Shown here in pieces: positions 13,001-24,900 of a stretch of DNA of 64,000 bases. The notes beneath the pieces were generated by a model. The model had not been told where the DNA came from. It saw only the letters and a list, made by a program, of their open reading frames with translations, and made no database searches. Position numbers and translations under genes: made by a program. Position 1 is the first letter of the stretch; each line of letters begins with the position of its first letter. The stretch is from Saccostrea cucullata (Eukaryota). Location: the NCBI RefSeq assembly GCF_032062105.1, contig NW_026917960.1, forward strand, positions 1 through 64,000. The letters are read 5' to 3'.

Positions 13001-16000
13001 CTGGTCCTCTGATAAGACAGATAACTCTTATCGGATACATGTATGAATCTATTATTCCTATTTTTCACAATTTTAATAGAGGGTGATACTAAACCTTAAA
13101 ACTTAGAAACCTTAAAACATAGATACATTAACACCTAGATATGTCCGAGTTATTTATAGTTGTTACACATAATTATCACATTAAATCTTCTTAATGATTG
13201 GGGTGACAGGAGATCCTTAACCTTTCCGTGACATCAAAATAAATAAATTATGCTAATTTATGTAAATTGGAATGATATGGAAAGGAAATCATAAAATTTT
13301 GTCCCCTCTTATTCCAAACTATCATTGCATTAGTGAATGGATAAAAGCATTGGTGTTATCATTTGACAAGGAATCGTATCACTTCAAGAAGCTTTATCAG
13401 TGTAAATCATTTTTGTCAAGATAAAAATCTACACAAATCAATGATTTATTACATATAGATACGAAGATTATATCTATTAATCTTCATTTCTTTAAGAAGA
13501 AAAACAATCACCTCTGATAAATCTAGTCGCACCAATTGTTTGAAGTAACCTAAAGCCTCTGGAATTTCTGTTAACTTGTTGTTGAACAAATCCAATGACT
13601 TCAGACCTGTCAACTTGTTCAAAGACTCTGGTAGTTCCTCAAGCTAAAAATCAAAGCAAAAAAAAAATGATGGTTAGAAAATAATACCAAGTTATAAGTA
13701 TATATTAACATTCAACAAAAAGGCAGAGATCTTTTTAAGGTAATTTTTTGAAGTAAAAAATTTTCCAGATTAATCATTAACCATGTTTACCTAAAACTTT
13801 TTTATTTCATTGATCATAAGTTGTTTCATTATTTATTTTTTCATTGATTTTTTGTTACCAAGTTGTTATCCAGACGAAGATCCTGTAGTGCAGAAAGGTC
13901 TCCAAATGCTGAGGGTAGAATCTGAATTTTGTTCTTTGATAGTTGGCAGACTTTCAAGGACTTCAGCTTACAGAAGGATTCTGGCAGCTCATGCAGTGCA
14001 TTCTGACCTGCAATGTATTATCTTATTTGTAGGCAAAACTATAGGGGTGTTGAAAATTCACTAAATGATGATAAATCAACAGTGAATTGCACATCATTAA
14101 ACAAAAACCCACATAAACAGCAATTAGAATTCAGTGTCTAAACTTTTAATTATTTAGTTCTGAATGTTTTTAGCTGAAGACAATATGTGACATGAACTAA
14201 GGATAAGCACTTAAGATTTGTAAGCCTGGCCACTGCCCTTCCAGAGCAAATTTTGGATAGATATTACATTGCACTTTGTCATAAAAATATCTGTTTAAAA
14301 CTCAGATATTTATAAATTCTATAATTCAATAAAATTCACAGTATTGGGAATATTCTGCACCACTTTTTGCTCTATCTACTCCTTGAGGATTCCATCCTCT
14401 TGCAATGTCATATATTTTGGCAAAAATCTTACATACATACCTAGTAGAAATATATCTTTTTGACAATTACCTTTCAATAGGTGTAAAAATAATATAGTGA
14501 ATAGTAAAAGAATTTATAACTTGAATGTTTTCTTTATTTAATCAATTATTTAATCTTTCAAAAAATTTTCCTAAGGGCAATAACTCCTTCTAATGTATCT
14601 TCATTCAGTATATTTCTTTATTGTACTTCTAATGGAAAATGTTTGCCCTGTTATTCAAAAATTTTCTAAAATATTAAAAAGAAACAGTTATTTTAGAATT
14701 TTCAGCATCATATTATGTATTTGAACCAGGTTTTACATATTTTTTATCACATTGTTTACTGAAAATATATGAAAAATTTTACATATTCTCTTGAACCAGT
14801 AAATCAATTTTAACCCATTTTGGCATATAGTTTCAGTGGGAGAATGGTTACAAAAATTTTAATTCTCATGGTTCCTGTCTCCTCATTTATGACTGATGAA
14901 TGAGATGTTATGATGGATGAAAAAAAGATACAAACAGGTCACCTGAGTGACTTAGGTGACCTAAAAACAAATTAAAAGTTTATAGACAACACAGTTCCCA
15001 AAACAACTGATGAGAGCAGCAAAAGGTGACTCAGTTGCCCTAAAAAACTGTCATCAAAATCCATTGAACCAAATAGGCTATCCTTACCTAAATCGATAAA
15101 TTCCAGATTTACAAGATTTCCAAAATCATCAGGCAGTTCTTGGAGCAAGTTTTCATCCAAATACAGAACAGTTACTTTTGTCAATTCACAAAAACTCCTT
15201 GGAAGATAAGTCAACCAGTTGCCATTTTGAAAAGCTCTCCTTTCTAGTTCCCCAATACAACTTCCAAGTCTCAGTGTCTCTATATTCTTCATGCTTCCGA
15301 AAGTATCTGGTAACTGATCCATGAAATTTCCTCCGATGTCCAACAAAGTTAATTTGGTACAGGTACATCCCATTTTCTCATTTATGGCACATTTTGAAAA
15401 CTGGTTGTCACTCATAGAGATTTCCAAAGCCTCGCTCATGTCCGCCACCCATAGTGGAATGTCTGCCAGTCGATTCTGATCAGCATAAAATTTTTGAACA
15501 CATTTCACAGAATGAAAATGATCTGGTAAGCTTTCCAAATGATTTCCTGAAATATCCACAATCTCCAAATTTTCAAGATCTCCTAAACTATTGTCAATCT
15601 TTTCCAGTTTGTTATTTGACACATTGAATATCTTTAGAGATCTTAACTGACCAATGCCCTCCTGAATAACAACAAGGGAATTATCGCTCAGCTCCAAAAT
15701 CTCAAGATTGGTGAACAATCCCAAAGTTAATGGCAATTTTGTCAACTTATTTTCATCACAGTAAAAGGTTTTTAGGCTACAAATTTCACCAAGGTCATTG
15801 GGAAGCATTTGAATTTGGTTGGCTGTCAATTTCAATACTTCTAAGTGACACAATTTGCAGATTGAGTCTGGGAGATTCCGGAGTTCATTTTCATTCACAA
15901 GTAACTCCTGTAACTGAGACAGATTCCCTATGCTTTGAGGAAACTCCTTCAGTTGGTTCCCAACCAATGAAAGCACTTGGAGATTCACACAAACCTCTCC

Positions 16001-16174
16001 AAAAGAGGCTGGCAACTCTTTAATATCATTAAAATCCAACTGTAGTTTAGTAATATCTGGCCCGATTCCATTTACAATTTGAGGAGGGAGAGTGACAAGA
16101 TCTTCTGAGGATAAATCTAGAACCCCTCCAATCACTCTCTCACTGTAGTTCTCATTTTCTGATGCATCTGCCAT
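10087..16174 (-). CDS. Intracellular leucine-rich repeat protein (Ras-group/SHOC2-like LRR type) with an acidic C-terminal region
   Basis: Exons 16174-15088 (MADASENE..., many LxxLxLxxNxLxxLP repeats), 14007-13859, 13643-13512, 12337-12197, 11950-11662 (poly-E/D), 10573-10448 and 10274-10087 (ends QFDDDSEEDVT*). All phases are consistent; the last intron is GC-AG. No signal peptide or transmembrane segment is evident. Confidence 0.88.
10603..10813. mobile_element. TA-flanked MITE (Tc1/mariner-type), degenerate
   Basis: Imperfect TIRs tattgtgaaatcactaat ... ataagtgatattacagta. Confidence 0.45.
10947..11615. mobile_element. Non-autonomous TIR element (PIF/Harbinger-like MITE) with an internal hairpin at 11261-11341
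   Basis: TIRs ggtcatcattaaaaat..gatgtactctgaccc / ggtcggagcacatc..atttttattgttgacc, flanked by TAA and TAG. Confidence 0.5.
12424..12680 (-). mobile_element. tRNA-derived SINE, same family as 56712-57012
   Basis: Reverse complement begins gtcgcccgcgtggcccagttgttagagcg (A-box) and ends gagtgaaaaattctcgagagggacattaaacaacatacaatcaatc. Confidence 0.8.
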
Positions 16175-17559
16175 ATCTGAAAAATAGATGAACATGTTTC
16201 AAGGCAAAAGTATAATGTCAGAGTCTTCGTGGGACAAATATCGGTAAATACCGGGTATTCATGACCACTCAAAGTCCTTAAAGTCATTTATATTTTTGAT
16301 TGTCAAAGCCTCAAAGGAATCAAATGACACTAATTTGTTTAAAATAAATTTCTGTCAGCTAATCTAGGATAAATGAATGAGTACAGACTTTGGTAATAAA
16401 AGTGCCAGAAATAATCCAAGGCATTTAAATGGGTAGAGTCTTCTCTAGAAATGAAGACTGGATCCTATTACTATTTTGAGCATAACTATATATTTTTTTT
16501 TCTTCTTCTAAAAAAACATTTAAAACAATCACTCAATAATAATTGAACAGTAGTATTTTGGGGCACAATGCTATTTTTATCCTTCAATTGCAAATAATAA
16601 GCTTAGCCTAGTACATAAATTGCAACACATAATCAAAATCATAACACATTTTATTTTTACAGGTTGGGATCAATCACCCAAATGCGATAACCCTTTTGAG
16701 ATACAATGGGTTATAAATTTATGGAGCAAAAACTTGAGATTTCTGGCCATAAATACTGTAAATCCATATTAATATACACTGAATGCAACAACAACTGGTA
16801 CTCCAGTTATTCTATAACTGTTAAATTTGTCAGATCAATCTCCAAGAAGTTTAGTATCTTTTGAGGGACCAATCTGCAATGTGTATAGAAAGGATACAAA
16901 AAAACAACTACAAAAAAATGTGTTGTGTAACAGGAAAGGAGAAAATGTATGGCTGGACCGGAAATCTAACCCAGGACCCCTGCATCTCTAGTCAAGTGCT
17001 CTAGCGACTGAGCTACCCAAGCTGATATCCATGGCCCATTAAACCATTAAATTTGCATATCACATTTTCTAGCTTATACAGATTTACGATATTTATAGAT
17101 ATTGTTTTACCAGTTCTAAATAGATTACTGATTTAACAATGCTGTAAATATCTAAAGGTTTTAATTAAAAATCCAAGCTGTTTTCCAAAGTAGTTCAAAT
17201 TAAGGCAAAGACATGTTGATTGGAATGTTCAATGTAGCATCATCAAAAATCATTACTCAATACTTAATAAGTTAATGGATATTCTGAATACCAATTATTA
17301 TATATTCTGAACAGGTAAACAATAGGGCATTCTTATTTCATATTTTACACTGTAAATTTATATCCCATTAGGGATATTAACACCCCCCCCCCCCCCCCCA
17401 AATGTGCTTGCAATAAGACAGCTGTTTGAATGATAAAAATAAGATACAACGCAGAATTTTTTCCATTAATGTAAAAAAAGTGCATTTTTTGTACAATGTG
17501 CAACTGAAGTACAAATTTCAACAAAATATCAGCACCTGTCTGTTCTGGATTCAATCTTT

Positions 17560-17910
17560 AAAGTCCACATATGATGGTTGGGCCTATGTCTATGATTGAC
17601 AATGTGCTCAACCGCACCGGAAGTTTACGATTACGACATAGTTACTTTTTAAATCATGAGACAAATTTTAATGTATTATTCACTAACTAATAGAAATAGT
17701 AAGAAAAATGATAATTTTGGTGGTTAATATTTACAGTTTGAATGATTAACTAATCAAATCTTCAAAAAATGAATGAAAAGGGATAATGAAAAGGGGTTTG
17801 CGACAACCAAAAGCCAACAATAACAATTTTTCGATTTTGACAGGTGATTTGCAGAAAAAGAAGCGGAATGCAAGCTTAAAAAGTACATGTATTGAATCTT
17901 TTTTCAGGTA
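17560..17910. promoter_or_regulatory. Putative divergent promoter region for the LRR gene and CCDC57
   Basis: Lies between head-to-head genes; ETS-type CCGGAAGT near 17617, local CpG enrichment, and a candidate 5'UTR donor (cag|gtaaat) near 17907. Confidence 0.35.
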
Positions 17911-18273
17911 AATAACAACACTATGGTAATTGCATGTGAAATAAACAATATTTTGGCATAAATTTTAGTTGAAAACAGAAGAGGCTGAGATAATGTATGA
18001 ACTTGACAGGCCCTAACATGAACAATCTTAGCCAACATTGATCAGCACTGTTCAAATAATTCAAAAGTTCATTATTTTTAAATTTTGGTTGTGACTGCAC
18101 CACTCTACATTAATAGCAGCGAAACTGTATCCATTTTAGAGGAAAAAAATCATTGAAAAATGAAATATTCATTTTTCAAGGTATTTTATAGTATTTTAAA
18201 ATTATCATGCTTTAAGAAATATTATATTGTTCTGTTAAAGTAAAAAAAAAAAAAGTTTTCAAATTAAATTAAG

Positions 18274-18857
18274 GGGTCTATGACAGGTGACCGACAGACA
18301 ACTCACCGAACGACAACTCGCCGACATTTTTTTCACCGACACTATAAAAGTCGCCGATACGACAACTCATCGAAAGACAGGTCACCGACAGACAAGTCAT
18401 GGACAGAATATGATACACCGACACTCATCGACATCATTTATAAAATTAAGAAAAAATCAAGTATGTGAATGTACGTTTCTTTATTCATTTTTTTTTACAT
18501 ATTAAATTTGATAATTGAAGTTGTGTGCCAACCCCTCTAAGTACGGAATAAAGGAATCCTTTGTCCTTTCAACATTTTTTCATCAAATCGCACACTTCAC
18601 CCATAATATTTTATAAATTCGTATTTTGGTCTTTCATTATGGTCAGAAGACCCTGGGCTTGCCATGGTGAATAAAAAATAACACAGAAAACATCGCTTTT
18701 TATATAACTTTAATTATCTGAACATGTAAAAACCATTGTCGGTGAATTTCTACTCACCGACAATATTGTCGGTGAATTGTCCTTTCGGTGAATTTGCACG
18801 CGTTGGTGACTTTCACTTTTGTTGGTCAGCTGTCTGTCGGTGAGTTGTCCGGCACCG
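18274..18857. mobile_element. Non-autonomous DNA transposon (MuDR-like MITE) with subterminal repeats
   Basis: Imperfect TIRs built from (gacaactc)accgacaga repeats at both ends in inverted orientation; direct repeat aaattaag at 18266-18273 and 18858-18865. Confidence 0.7.
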
Positions 18858-18953
18858 AAATTAAGACTATATTACAAGACCTAAGTATTGGTATATAAGG
18901 TATGAAATTGTTTTTCAGATTCAAGATCCTTTTTCAGATGAAAATAAAAGGAA

Positions 18954-21900
18954 ATGGACACACAAGGTAACTGGAAGGAATTAGCTGCTCAAAAAGAGAG
19001 AGAATGGAAAGAAGTTACAGAGTTAAGGTATAACTTTATCCTATACTGGCAATTTTTTTCTATATTGATTGCATTTTGGCCTGTACTATTACACTTTACA
19101 TTTACCTACAGTTGCAGTTACCAACGTTAGCTTACTTACTGCGTATAAAACTGAACATCCCTTTTGTTATAGGTAATGTTATCTGAAAAATTGATCATGC
19201 AGTCTCATTTATGATTATTCAATAATAAGAACATACATTACGTTCTCATTTTAAAATCAGGATTCAAACTTTGGAAGAAGCATTGAATGGGAAAGAAAAA
19301 GAGCTGCAAGAGGAAAGAGCAAAATTTTCTAAACTTAAAGAGGATTTTAAGTACAACCTCAAAGTTCTGGAGGAAAGAGACCAAGAATTAGAAAGATATG
19401 ATGTCACATTTACTGGTAAAATTAAACTTTTTATTTAATAAACAGTGTTATTGAAGCAACCAAAAAAAAAAAGAAGAAGAAAAACTGACAGATTTTATGT
19501 TTATTTCTGATGATTTAATTATTATGTTTTCATTGCATGTTTATATAAAGAAGTAAAAGCACAGCTGAATCTGAAAACTGCAGAGATTAGTGAACTAAAA
19601 ATCCAGTTAGATGATACCAAGTCTACGGTAAACAGAGAAATTCTTGCACAAGAAGATCTCCAAAAACACTATCAACATAGGCTTAAAGAGAAGCAAGCAG
19701 AAATTGACTCTTTTAAAAGGTACTGTATTCTATTAGACAGGCATAAAGACCCATTAAAATCAGCATCTTACATGTTTTAGGTATAGAAATTCCTTTATTT
19801 TACCTCTCTAACTGAATTGTTGTCTTTTTTGCTGCCTAATCCTGACTCTGGAACTGCTGAAGCAATCTTTACTGATTTTCAGGTTTACTTGATGGAATTT
19901 TGTCTTTCTGTTGAGGGAAACATATTTTATTTTAAGAAAAACACCCAATATAATGTTTCCTTATCCCTGGGCCCAATATTATGGTCTGGATCTCCAAATC
20001 AATACAGTCTTTAAAATTTTTTTATACACTAGATCTTGTAGCAGTCAAAATGTTTCCTTGATTAAAATGAGCAATGGCCCCTCTTCCAGCAATAGTGAAA
20101 TTCATGTCTCCAGGGTTCTTGCTAGCTTTGACTCCATGAAACATAACTTGGTAATTGAAGAACATTAAAGGATCATACTCAACAGATAATTTAGCTATGA
20201 CCTGCTTGTGCTGCAAGTTTGTCACAAAGAAGGTTGGAAAACTTGTATATGACGAAAGAATAACTAATGAATAAGTCAAGGTATTTGTATACTCTCAGGT
20301 GTTTGCCAAGTCCCTCTTGTTCATAAAATTTGAAAAGGCTTTGTTAAATCTGAACATTTTTTTTGAAAATTATCTTTATTTTCTAAATTTTATTTTTTTG
20401 CAGCTGTAAGGATTCAGAAATTCATAAAGAGAGAAAGGAGTTTGAAACTTTTAAGAGAAACTTACAACATCAGTTAAAACAGGTGGAGGATGACTTGGAT
20501 ACACAGAAAAGAGAACTGACAATTAGTAAGTCGGGGGAAAAATAAACCAAAAATACAAAAAAAAAATCCCATGATGATCGAAAATAAGCAAGTCAAAGTA
20601 CAAAGAAAAAGAACAAAATGAAAAATATAAAAAGATAAAAAGAATTTATGGACGAATAGCATTTAGTAAGTCAAAGTAAACACAAAGGAAAAGAATAAAT
20701 CTTTGATGGTTGATCAAGTTTTTTCCCTTGGTCTTCTTTTCTGTTGAAAAATAAATATTCCATTTCAAATATTCACATGACTAAATCGTTTCTGATCATG
20801 ATATTATATGCTTATAAATATTAACTGTTGGTCTGTTGATTTTCTTAGGTTTTGAAGATGCTGTGAAGAAGAGAGAGCATGAGTTCAGGCTACAGAAAGA
20901 TGAAATGAGTGCTAAAGTCCTTGAGTATGAATTAAAGGTAGTTTACTGGAATTTGAATTATTTTTTTAAACAAACTTTGACGTTTGTAGGCTTATCAAAT
21001 AATGTTTAATGTGGATAAGAATAAAACATAATTCACATCATTGAAGAAAACTTTTATTATAAGAATGATCACTGTATTGTATTACAGGCAAAACTTTTGG
21101 CAAAAGAATTAGAGATCGTGAAAACCAGCCAGGTTAAGGAGAGCGAACAATTAAGTGATGTAGAACACAGCCACAGAGAGCTAGAGAAAAAACTCAAGGA
21201 GAAGGAATGGGAGCTCGCGGACACCACCTCAATGAAAGATGCTAGGTACATACTTATATTAGTACATTCACTGGTACTTCTATTAGGGGAGGGGGATTTC
21301 ATTTATACTAACAGATTATAAACAGTAAGAGACTTCTAGGTTTATTGAACTTAAGTATGGAATAGTTACGAGCACATATTATATTGTAAATGTGGAAATT
21401 TTGATGGTATGCTAATTTTGACTATATTGACAATTTTTTGTTTCTCATCAAAATATATACTCGTCAAACTTTGCATCATATATATAGAGTCACAACAGAC
21501 ATTGACCATTATACGCCAGACAATAACCACTTTATTTTCTCGGCTTTCCCCTATTTAAACTAGATCAAAGTTACTGTTAATTTCTTTTGTAATTAGTTAT
21601 GAAAACACAGTGTTTTTAGTATATAATCACATTTTTAAAACCATTGAATCTAAACTAGTGTATCAAATACTGCACACGTAACTTAGCATAATTATCACGC
21701 CATGTCATACCTGTCAACATGGCCAAAATTTTTCGGGGGAGAAAATGGTGCGACGACCTTTTGCAAATACAAAAAGTCGCGCATTTCATTGTTCTATAGA
21801 ACAAAAATAAACAACTTACAAGATAAAACTTTATTATAATATAAACATTATCATTAATTCATAAAATTTACTATAGAAACTTGTACACTGTGATTTAATT

Positions 21901-24900
21901 TTGAAATTATAAAAATTTATGTTCACTATCTAGCTATTCTGCCTGTCCATAAGAGCATCATTTATTTAATATTCATGGCAAATGTTGTAGTTTAATTTGG
22001 CAATTAGAAAAATTAACAAGATTCTGCAGACAGTCTAAGTTTCCAGCTTTTAATAGATGCATGAATGGATTTTTCTCACTAAGTCTAAGGAACATGAGTT
22101 GTGTCCTGGATTTAAATATCTGAAATTGAAATAATTGTCAAAACTTCATGTTTATATTCTTAAAATAATGTGTAATCTAGTATGAATGAAATACATGGAC
22201 CTTGTATTTTTTCTTTCAATCTCTTAACATATATCATCTGAATTTTGAAATATAATACTTTATTTTGTAATGTTCTAATGTGCTAATTTTAATTTAGAAA
22301 TGTATTACCCTGTTTAGCTTTGTAAATTTAAAGAAGTCTTCTAAAGACACTGTCTTGTTGCTCTGTAGTTTCAGGGGCTGTTATATGCTGATGTTCCTGC
22401 AGGATTTACTAAGACATTGAATCTCAAAATCTGTGGGGAAATCTTCACTCTTCATTTATATTAGCTTCCATGAAATTGTTTCCCTCTCCTTGTTAAATTG
22501 ATAATAGAGTACTGTTGTTACATTTTTCCTGATCACTGTATTGTTTATGGAGAAATAGTTTTGTCTTAGGCACTTGTAAACTTATTTGCAGCAAAGTATC
22601 AAGTACTTCCATATCGTTATTTACCGTCATGTTCTGTAAAAATGTTCACATCTGGCATCTCGGTCTTTTATAATATACACTTTTAATGAGAATAAGGAGC
22701 AATTACAACTGTAATTACATCTGCTAGTACAGTTGACACCTTGTTGATTACCTGTTATCAGTGGCAATAAACAGATTAGCTACCGATAAACACTGCATGA
22801 CCTCCATTTTTGTGTTGACTAGTCGGTATTTTACGAACCAAAGTAGGTAAAAAATCCAGATTTTTTCAAAATCGGTAGAAACGGCAGTTTAAAAAAAATT
22901 CGGTAGACAGTCGGTAGGGATGGTTAAAAATCAGTAGACTCCCGATAAATTCGGGAGAGTTGACAGGTATGATGCCATGTTTGACCTAGTTTGTCACCTC
23001 AGGCAATTCACCGCTTGTAATGAAAACAAATTACAAGAGGGCAATTTGTTTTTAAAATCAAATCTTACACACTTAGATAGTTTGTACAATCTTACACACT
23101 GTAGATGGTCTGTACAAAAATTAAATTTTAGTGATTCCGACGCTGCCTTTGTATCCCCGTGAATTCAAAGATATATAATTCTTGATTAAATATTTCTTCA
23201 AAATTAACGCTCGTCAATTTTTGGAAACAAAAAATCGTCATTTTTTCAACTCGTCAATGTAACCACGTTTACAGTATGTTTTTCAAAACTGCATTAAAAC
23301 TGAATTTTTGTTTTAAATTGTTGTAGGATATCCGAGTTAGAAATTCAAGCCCAGCAAACAGAAACCATGATGAATAGGATGAAAGAAGATTTCCAAAGAA
23401 AGTAAGAACATATCTTATTATTGATAAACATAGCTTCAGATCTGTAGCGTTATGGTTTTATATATATAACCACAGATTTATGCAAAAAAGGTATGCAATA
23501 TTTTTTTCACTCTTGGGGAGAAAACTGCAATTAAATATTAAAACTCTGCTCATTATTTTTTGTATATTTTATTCTCCCAACCCATTATTGTCTCTACAAG
23601 TGATAAACTCATTTGATTAAAATTATTTGTTAGATTTCTGAAAATGCACTTCAAGCGAGTTAATTGCCTGTAGAGACAACTATAAAGAAACCATTGATGA
23701 ATAGGATTGAAAGAAATTCCCCCCAAAAGATTTCCAAAGCAAAGTAGCGTTAGTCAAAGACAAATATATAAAACCTTATTTTTGATAAACATTACACAGA
23801 AGTTTTCTGGTACATAACTTTAAATTGTACAATAAAAATATGATGATCTGTTTTCAGACATGCAGAACTGGATAAATTAGCTCGTGAGAAAGAGACAGCC
23901 TTGTCTAAGATTAAGGAGGGTTACATTGAGAGGGAGCAGTCATTGCAGGCTAACATCAGAGATCTGCAGGCAAAGCTGGAGGACGGCCAGGTGGAGATGA
24001 GGAAACTGGAGTGGAACAAGGCGGATCTAGAAAAAGAAAAGGATCTACAGATAGAAAAGTAAGTAGAGCAACATTGAAAACAAAAGTATGAAATGCTTAC
24101 TTGCTCACATTCTTTAATAAATGGACAACCAATTACTCTAACTGTTGTCATTAACTTTTTTACTTTCTTTATGTTTTGAAGTTTAATTTGAAATAAAAAT
24201 AAATTTTATGATGTAGTTTTGATATTTTCTTAGGTTACAAGAGGAACTGTATCAGCAAAAGGAGAGGTGGGAGAAACAGATAGTAGACGCCTCTCGGAGC
24301 CAGGTCAGTAAGGATGTGGAACTACAGCGACTGAGAGAGAACGAAGAGAAACTAAAGGCAGAACTCATACAGAGGAAGCAAGACATCGAGAGGTATAATA
24401 AGACTAGGCTGCACTAGTAGGTTATAATATCTTCATTGATTGTAAAGTTAAGATAAATAAGTTTGTGGAGTACATGTAAATTGAACTACATGTACATGAA
24501 AAACTAAGGTATGACACCTGATGACCTCACTTGAATTGTTGACATTTTTTTATCTCCAAGTATTTTTTCATCAGTTAGAGGAATACTAATGGCAGAGATA
24601 TTTTCAGACACGTTCTTGTTTTAAACTCTACTATTTTGTACATAAATTAAAATTGTAATATTCTGCTTAAATTCTATTCAGTTTTACATCACAGAGTAAG
24701 AAACAAATCTTCAAAAGAGATCTAGGGTACTTTGCCATAATGCAACTATTACATGTAGCTCTATAAATAATCTTACCTTACCATTAACCTGTAAGGAATA
24801 AGGAGTACAGTAACATAATGCACCTATGAGCTCTATAATTAACTTTGCTATTAACTTTATAAGCAACCTTACCTTATCCTCCTCCTACAAGGTATAAGAA

